Shown here: positions 58,663 to 64,000 of the stretch, in pieces
Position numbering within the stretch: the stretch's first letter is position 1
Layout: each line of letters starts with the position of its first letter
Assembly: GCA_964461525.1 (NCBI GenBank)
Contig: CAYWUX010000004.1
Location: 156,870-220,869, forward strand
Source of the DNA: an uncultured Hyphomicrobiaceae bacterium
Lineage (GTDB): Bacteria; Pseudomonadota; Alphaproteobacteria; Rhizobiales; CAYWUX01
DNA length: 64,000 bases
Reading direction: 5' to 3'
Translations under genes and position numbers: made by a program
Notes under the pieces: model-generated
Seen by the model: only the letters and a program-made list of their open reading frames with translations
What the model was told of the DNA's origin: nothing
Databases searched by the model: none

Positions 58663-59325
58663 ATGTTCGAAAATTTGTTTCAAAATGTGCAGATCTTTCT
58701 CGAACATTATGGCCTTTGGGCTGTGACGGTATGCATTTTTTTTGAATCATTCGGGGGGCCAGTACCTGCCGAATCCCTTCTCATCACTGCGAGCCTTATG
58801 TCAGCAGAAGGTAAAATTCCGATTGTGCCACTATTTGTATGTGCCTGGGTTGCCGCTGTTGCTGGAGACAATCTGGGTTACTTGATTGGTCGTTTCGGAG
58901 GGAGACAGTTGATCGAAAAATTTGGGTCAAGAATGTTTATCACTCCGCAACGTCTCAACTATGTTGAAAGTTTTTTTGATCGTTATGGCGGAATCATCGT
59001 AATTTTTGCGCGTTTTTTTAATTTTCTGCGCCAATTAAATGGCATCGCGGCAGGAACCAGCGGAATGGGTTGGTGGGCATTTCTGCTCTTTAATATGATC
59101 GGTGCGTTCCTGTGGGTCAGTGTTTGGGTGGCGGGATCCTATTTTTTCGGAAAAGAACTTCATTCATACAATGCCGTGCTCAAACAGGCAGAGCCTTTCA
59201 TAGTTGTATTGGCATTGGGTGTGTTTTTCGGACTGATAATGTACGGATATCGCCGCTGGCGCGCTAAAGGCAAGCATGATGAAGCGGCCGCTGTCAGCGA
59301 ACTGGGCAAAACTAATCAAAAATGA
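58663..59325 (+). CDS. DedA-family membrane protein
   Basis: ESFGGPVPAESLLI, AGDNLGYLIGRFGGRQLIEKFG and IIVIFARFFNFLRQLNGIAAG are DedA/SNARE-associated motifs. Confidence 0.85.
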   Translation: MFENLFQNVQIFLEHYGLWAVTVCIFFESFGGPVPAESLLITASLMSAEGKIPIVPLFVCAWVAAVAGDNLGYLIGRFGGRQLIEKFGSRMFITPQRLNYVESFFDRYGGIIVIFARFFNFLRQLNGIAAGTSGMGWWAFLLFNMIGAFLWVSVWVAGSYFFGKELHSYNAVLKQAEPFIVVLALGVFFGLIMYGYRRWRAKGKHDEAAAVSELGKTNQK

Positions 59326-59342
59326 ATTGAAGAGGAATCATA

Positions 59343-59804
59343 TTAAATTCCGCGAGCAAATTCATAAGATGCTTGAATAATATCAAGAACAACCTCCAGT
59401 TCCCCCTGATCGCGGGGTCCGAAAATCATCACGGTTGTCGGTGGCATTCGACCCTTGGGGACCAGGGGATGATGTTCGCCCCATCCTCTCTCCAGAAGAT
59501 TTGAAACCTCATTTTCGGGAAGCATCAGATGCAGGCTGCCATCATCAGGCGGATGCACGTGGGCAAATTCATTGCCTCTCATGAAGGCTTCGTCGCAACT
59601 GTGTCCCCCTTCTTCAAGAAGCCAAAGAGCTTCTGCACCCGGTACAGAAATTATACTGGGCCGGCGTTCGACAAATTCGAAGTCGAAGGCTTGAGCCTTA
59701 AGTTGGGCATAAATTTCAGCTGGAGGAGTCTGATCAATCTGGCTATGAGGCAATCCGTAGTGGGTTCGGGGTTTTTCTCCCGGTCGATAGGGTACATTCA
59801 ACAT
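59343..59804 (-). CDS. Hypothetical protein (luciferase-domain/DUF5519-like by pattern)
   Basis: GNEFAHVHPPDDGSLHLMLP...ERGWGEHHP resembles the EFAHLH..DGSLH..L...GWAE.HP pattern I recall for DUF5519. Not verified. Confidence 0.5.
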   Translation of the reverse strand: MLNVPYRPGEKPRTHYGLPHSQIDQTPPAEIYAQLKAQAFDFEFVERRPSIISVPGAEALWLLEEGGHSCDEAFMRGNEFAHVHPPDDGSLHLMLPENEVSNLLERGWGEHHPLVPKGRMPPTTVMIFGPRDQGELEVVLDIIQASYEFARGI

Positions 59805-60189
59805 GATGTCCTCGATAAACGGAAAATGATAATTGGTACCATATAGAATTTTACGCTTCGTTCCGATATATCATCATTTTCTGGATAACTAATCTTCCAT
59901 TTGTTCAGTTTTCGCTTCTAAACAATTGTGCTAAGTCTGAAAATATGAGCCCAACTCGTGATAAAATCAATTCAGCTGCAGCATCCAGCATGAAATTCAA
60001 TTTTTTTGCAGAATGACTATGAAAGACAATTTGCATAAGCATAAATAATCGAACATAGTTACAGATACAGTAGTTAGAGAAATAAAAACTGCTATCGATC
60101 AATTGCACCCGGTCAAGAACGTGATCGTAGCTTGAGAGTGAAATTGTAGAAACACATGTGTCCTGTATTCTTGATTTAGAGTAAGTACA

Positions 60190-61383
60190 GTGATTCAAAA
60201 ACCGAAATTGGTAACTGCCGAGTCTGAAAGTCATGCTGATCAATTAGATTCAGACTCACTGACAGGTTCATCCAGAGACAAAATTCCCAGTCGGGGACAC
60301 GCTCTTACTCTCAAAAATATCTCACATCGGTTCGGAAACTTTGTTGCTGTCGATAACGCTAACCTCGATATCCAGCCAGGTGAATTGGTTGCTTTACTTG
60401 GGCCAAGCGGATGTGGAAAAACGACGCTGCTTCGAATAATTGCGGGTTTCCTAAACCCGACGGAGGGAGATGTTCTTGTTGACAACATTTCAGTAACTCA
60501 CATTCCACCCAATAAAAGAAACGTCGGAATTGTATTCCAGAATTATGCACTTTTTCCCCATATGACGGTTGCTGAAAATATTGCCTATGGTTTAGCGGCT
60601 CAGCATCGGCCACGTGAGCAAATTACACCCATTGTTGACGAAATGTTATCTCTCGTTCAAATGAACCAATTTAAGGATCGATTTCCGCGCCAACTGTCTG
60701 GGGGACAGCAGCAACGCATAGCGCTAGCCAGATGTTTGGCAGTTGGCCCGAGTATCCTGTTGCTTGATGAACCATTTGGAGCCTTAGACAAGAACTTGCG
60801 TCTGGACATGCAGATTGAAATCAAGGCCCTGCAAAAACAGTCCGGTATCACTACAATTCTCGTAACCCATGATCAGGAAGAAGCGTTGAGCATGGCGGAC
60901 CGAATTGCTGTTTTACAGAAAGGTTCGGTACAACAATTTGCAACACCTACAGAAATTTATGACCGGCCTAACACACTGTTTGTGAATTCATTTGTTGGGA
61001 CCACAAATCTGATCCCTGGTAAGCTAATAGAAAAGTCTGATGAAGACTGCACCCTGGAACTGGACGCAAAGGCCGAAATTCATTGCGAGGTCAGCACAAA
61101 GTGTCGCGAGAATTCCCGGGTCATACTCTCAATCAGACCTGAACACTTAGGTTTGAGCCGACAAAATTCGGAGGGGGCATTGCCCGCAAAATTGCGAGCT
61201 ATCATGCCTCTTGGGCCTTCGACGGTATTTGATACCACTTTAGCGGACAATACGTCGGTCAAGGTCATACAGGAAAGGAGCCTGGTCGGTGAAAACTATT
61301 CTCCGGGAGAAACGGTACATCTGATCCATACATCAAAGAAAGCCTGCGCTGTTTTTCCAGAAGAAGACGTCGTCGAATCGTAG
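60190..61383 (+). CDS. ABC importer ATP-binding protein (PotA/Fe3+-type with C-terminal TOBE-like domain)
   Basis: GPSGCGKTT, LSGGQQQRIALAR, LLLDEPFGALD. The roughly 35-aa N-terminal extension depends on the GTG start at 60190, so the start is uncertain. Confidence 0.88.
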   Translation: MIQKPKLVTAESESHADQLDSDSLTGSSRDKIPSRGHALTLKNISHRFGNFVAVDNANLDIQPGELVALLGPSGCGKTTLLRIIAGFLNPTEGDVLVDNISVTHIPPNKRNVGIVFQNYALFPHMTVAENIAYGLAAQHRPREQITPIVDEMLSLVQMNQFKDRFPRQLSGGQQQRIALARCLAVGPSILLLDEPFGALDKNLRLDMQIEIKALQKQSGITTILVTHDQEEALSMADRIAVLQKGSVQQFATPTEIYDRPNTLFVNSFVGTTNLIPGKLIEKSDEDCTLELDAKAEIHCEVSTKCRENSRVILSIRPEHLGLSRQNSEGALPAKLRAIMPLGPSTVFDTTLADNTSVKVIQERSLVGENYSPGETVHLIHTSKKACAVFPEEDVVES

Positions 61384-61403
61384 ATATGGAAGGAGTTATT
61401 GCA

Positions 61404-62453
61404 ATGACATCTTATAAATTTAATCGAAGACAGATTTTGAAAGCTTCGGCAGCAACCAGTGTTATGCCGCTATTTTCGAATTACGCGTTTGCAGCTGATC
61501 GTTTAGTGGCGGCAACATTTGGCGGTACATGGGCCGAAGTTCATCGGAAATTTTTGGGTCCGGCCTTCAAAAAAAGAACCAATGCCGAACTCACTCAAGC
61601 TGTCATGCTGGCCACTGAGCAAATAGCTAAACTAACGGCTGCCAAAGGCGGAGTTCCCCCGTTTGATGTTTCAATTCTTGACGAAGGACCCGCGCTTAAC
61701 GCCATAAAACTCGGCCTCATTTCGAAATATGATCCCTCCAAATCTCCAAATTTTAAAGATCTTTTACCCGCCTTCCAGGATGAATGGGGACCTGCGGTGA
61801 CGATGCAAGGTATTGGTATCGCTTACAATCCGAAGGTCATCACAACACCTCCGACGAAATGGGAAGATTTATGGGACCCCAAATACAAAGGACGTGTTGG
61901 AATTACTTCACTTGCTAGCACTCTTGGTACGGCATTTCTCGTTGATATTAATCGACTGGCCGGTGGTGATGAAAGCAATATTGAACCGGCATTCAAGAAA
62001 CTTAAAACACTACTGCCAAACCTTGCAGCCGTTTCTGCAAACTTTGGCGCCCATGCCGCACTTTTTGCTCAAGGTGAAGTTGATTTAGGGGTTCAAAACT
62101 TTAATTTTACTCAAACTCTTAAGTCGAAAGGCGTGCCAGTAGAATTTGCTAAAGTCGAGTCCGGAATTCCTGCTTGGAAGACAACGATGCATGTTGTGAA
62201 AAATACAAAGCAGCCGGATCTGGCACACACCTACATCGACACTCATCTGTCAGCAGATTTGCAGGCGCAGCTGCAGAAGGAACCATACAACGTTATTCCA
62301 ACCAATAGCAAAGTACCTTTGGCAGGATTAGTAGCCAGAGACGTCGCCAAAACACCTGATGACCTTAAAAAACTAGTCTTTTTTAATTGGGAAAAAATAA
62401 ATGAAGGGCGACCTGAATGGACTAAGAGATTTAACAGGGAAATTCGTGCTTGA
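61404..62453 (+). CDS. ABC transporter periplasmic substrate-binding protein (PotD/PotF-like family) with Tat-like signal
   Basis: NRRQILKASAATSVMPLFSNYAFA signal sequence. Family-1 SBP length and operon context. Confidence 0.85.
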   Translation: MTSYKFNRRQILKASAATSVMPLFSNYAFAADRLVAATFGGTWAEVHRKFLGPAFKKRTNAELTQAVMLATEQIAKLTAAKGGVPPFDVSILDEGPALNAIKLGLISKYDPSKSPNFKDLLPAFQDEWGPAVTMQGIGIAYNPKVITTPPTKWEDLWDPKYKGRVGITSLASTLGTAFLVDINRLAGGDESNIEPAFKKLKTLLPNLAAVSANFGAHAALFAQGEVDLGVQNFNFTQTLKSKGVPVEFAKVESGIPAWKTTMHVVKNTKQPDLAHTYIDTHLSADLQAQLQKEPYNVIPTNSKVPLAGLVARDVAKTPDDLKKLVFFNWEKINEGRPEWTKRFNREIRA

Positions 62454-63313
62454 TGATTAAGTTGATGGCAGTACTACCATCAAAAAGTGAGTGGCAATTG
62501 GCGCTGCCACTCACCTTGTTCTTTATTCTGTTTTTTATCTCCCCTTTGATTCTGTTATTAGTTATCAGCTTCTATAATGACCCGCAGTTAAGCCAGATTG
62601 GCACAAATCAGTATATGGAATTTTTTGCTGATAGTCTCAATTATGAAGTATTAATTGACACACTTGTACTCGGTGTAAAAGCGACATTGCTGTGTTTAAT
62701 CATGGGTTATCCATTGGCTTGGGCCGCCGCTCGCTCCCGAGGACGGGTGCAGTCACTTTTTTTGTTCATCATCATCTTGCCCATATTAACTAGTGTGGTC
62801 GTTCGTACATTTGCCTGGATTGTTATTCTGGGAAGACAGGGGCTAATTAACAAGACGCTAATGGGGCTCGGGTTAACTTCAGATCCTATAAGACTGCTAT
62901 TCACTGAAGTTGGTGTTGTTATCGTACTCGCTCAGGTACAAATGCCTCTGATGGTTTTACCACTTCTGACCACATTGCAAAGAATTGATCCAAACCTGGC
63001 GGACGCTTCTTCAGCTCTGGGCGCGGGTGCATGGCGAACATTTTTTAAAGTTACGTTGCCGTTAACCCTTCCCGGAATAATTGCTGGATCTATACTTGTG
63101 TATGCAGCCTGTGTCACTGCCTTTGTCACCCATACGCTTATCGGGGGTGTTCGTCTACTTTACATGCCACTTTTTATTTTCCAGCAGGCGCTGGACTTAC
63201 AAAATTGGCCGTTTGCTGCAGCGATCTCTGTAATATTCATGATTTCTGTCATGATTGTTATTGCTCTTCTCGTAACTCTTTCGCGGTCAAGCCGTGCGCA
63301 GATTTACAGCTAA
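62450..63313 (+). CDS. ABC transporter permease (PotB-like)
   Basis: 287 aa with 6 TM segments and an EAA-type loop DASSALGAGAWRTFFKVTLPL. Confidence 0.88.
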   Translation: MMIKLMAVLPSKSEWQLALPLTLFFILFFISPLILLLVISFYNDPQLSQIGTNQYMEFFADSLNYEVLIDTLVLGVKATLLCLIMGYPLAWAAARSRGRVQSLFLFIIILPILTSVVVRTFAWIVILGRQGLINKTLMGLGLTSDPIRLLFTEVGVVIVLAQVQMPLMVLPLLTTLQRIDPNLADASSALGAGAWRTFFKVTLPLTLPGIIAGSILVYAACVTAFVTHTLIGGVRLLYMPLFIFQQALDLQNWPFAAAISVIFMISVMIVIALLVTLSRSSRAQIYS

Positions 63314-63338
63314 CAATAGACCGCACAGGAAATAAAAA

Positions 63339-64000
63339 AATGAGTGATGCGACATTATATTCGAACTCCTCATCATTCCGATCAGCCGTCGATTATGATA
63401 AATCTTCATTTAATTTTGTGATGTGGCTGATTACAGCCGTTTGTGTGTTTTTCTTGATATTTCCTTCGGTCGTCATAATGATTTTATCATTCACAGCCGA
63501 AGAATCTCTTAGATTTCCTCCATCTTCTTACTCGATGACCTGGTACAAAGCTTTGTTAAATGCAAGTGAACTAAAAAGTGCAGCTTTCCTGAGTTTACAG
63601 GTCGCATCCATCACAACAATAGTTTCGGTAATTCTTGGAGTGGCTGCAGCTTTGGCAATTTGCCGATCAAATGCCGGCTGGGCGAAAATTCTTGATTTAG
63701 TCTTCATGTCTCCCCTGATATTGCCCGCACTAGCATTTGGGTTTGCCATATTGATGATGTTCTCATTGCTGGGATTTACACCAAGTCTGTGGACACTTTC
63801 GATCGGTCACATAGTTGTTTGTGTTCCATTCGTTCTTCGGACTACTTTAACAAGTTTAGCACAGCTTGATCCCGCGCTGTTAGAAAGTTCGGAAAGCCTC
63901 GGCGCTGGTCCTGTTTATACGTTCAGGCGCATCACATTTCCCCTAATAAAAAGAGGGGTATTTGCAGGCGCGTTTATTGCTTTTATGTCTTCGTTTGACA
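63339..64000 (+). CDS. ABC transporter permease (PotC-like), 3' end outside window
   Basis: Hand translation from the ATG at 63339 is open to the window end: MSDATLYSNSS...ESSESLGAGPVYTFRRITFPL (EAA loop). It is absent from the ORF track because no stop is reached. Confidence 0.85.

Noticed and set aside
59905-60243. 112-aa minus-strand ORF upstream of the ABC operon.
   Set aside because: It lies in an AT-rich stretch, the translation is Ser/Phe/Leu/Cys-rich with no features, and it overlaps the ATPase start. Probably not a gene.
1-64000. Mobile elements, prophage, integrases, toxin-antitoxin pairs or known defence systems.
   Set aside because: No transposase, integrase, recombinase, phage structural, reverse-transcriptase, nuclease-helicase or small paired TA-like ORFs were recognised in any frame, and no terminal inverted repeats flank the accessory-looking segments.

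Overview
This is a densely coding 64-kb chromosomal window with moderate GC (judged by eye, not computed). All product calls come from motif reading of the supplied translations; no database search was run.

Gene content and synteny point to an alphaproteobacterium, possibly a marine Rhodospirillales-like lineage, though the taxon cannot be fixed from sequence alone. The supporting blocks are rlmN-ialB, acnA divergent from ccmABCDG, ftsY-mtaB-dapF, ffh-rpsP-rimM-trmD, an interrupted leuC/leuD/leuB cluster, and DUF2865, DUF2794 and DUF1223 genes.

- **1-12.5 kb:** an accessory-looking, IclR-associated catabolic island. It carries a TauD-like dioxygenase, a DapA-like lyase, an MFS transporter, an LVIVD beta-propeller, a COG0523 GTPase, a cupin, an amidohydrolase, an SDR, two NAD-dependent dehydrogenases and an HpcH aldolase.
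- **Rest of the window:** mostly housekeeping genes (argG, rlmN, htpG, acnA, ccm, ftsY, dapF, ffh operon, rplS, leuCDB). Interspersed are small hypothetical or envelope genes, a GGDEF/EAL protein, a TesA/YbbA/YbbP module and a Pot-type ABC importer that runs off the right edge.
- **Not found:** rRNA, tRNA, CRISPR array, transposase, integrase or recognisable defence genes.

Nothing here is a compelling novel system. The best second-look candidates are:
1. The divergent COG0523 / cytoplasmic LVIVD-propeller pair with a Fur/Zur-like palindrome.
2. Ribosomal protein L19 carrying a fused helix-hairpin-helix-like C-terminal domain, together with the trmD-rplS synteny break caused by a large Sel1-repeat membrane protein.
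3. Two unrelated genes (a stand-alone ACT-like protein and a secreted HExxH protein) sitting between leuC and leuD.
4. A 720-bp ORF-free region upstream of htpG with a hairpin-plus-terminator arrangement suggestive of an sRNA.
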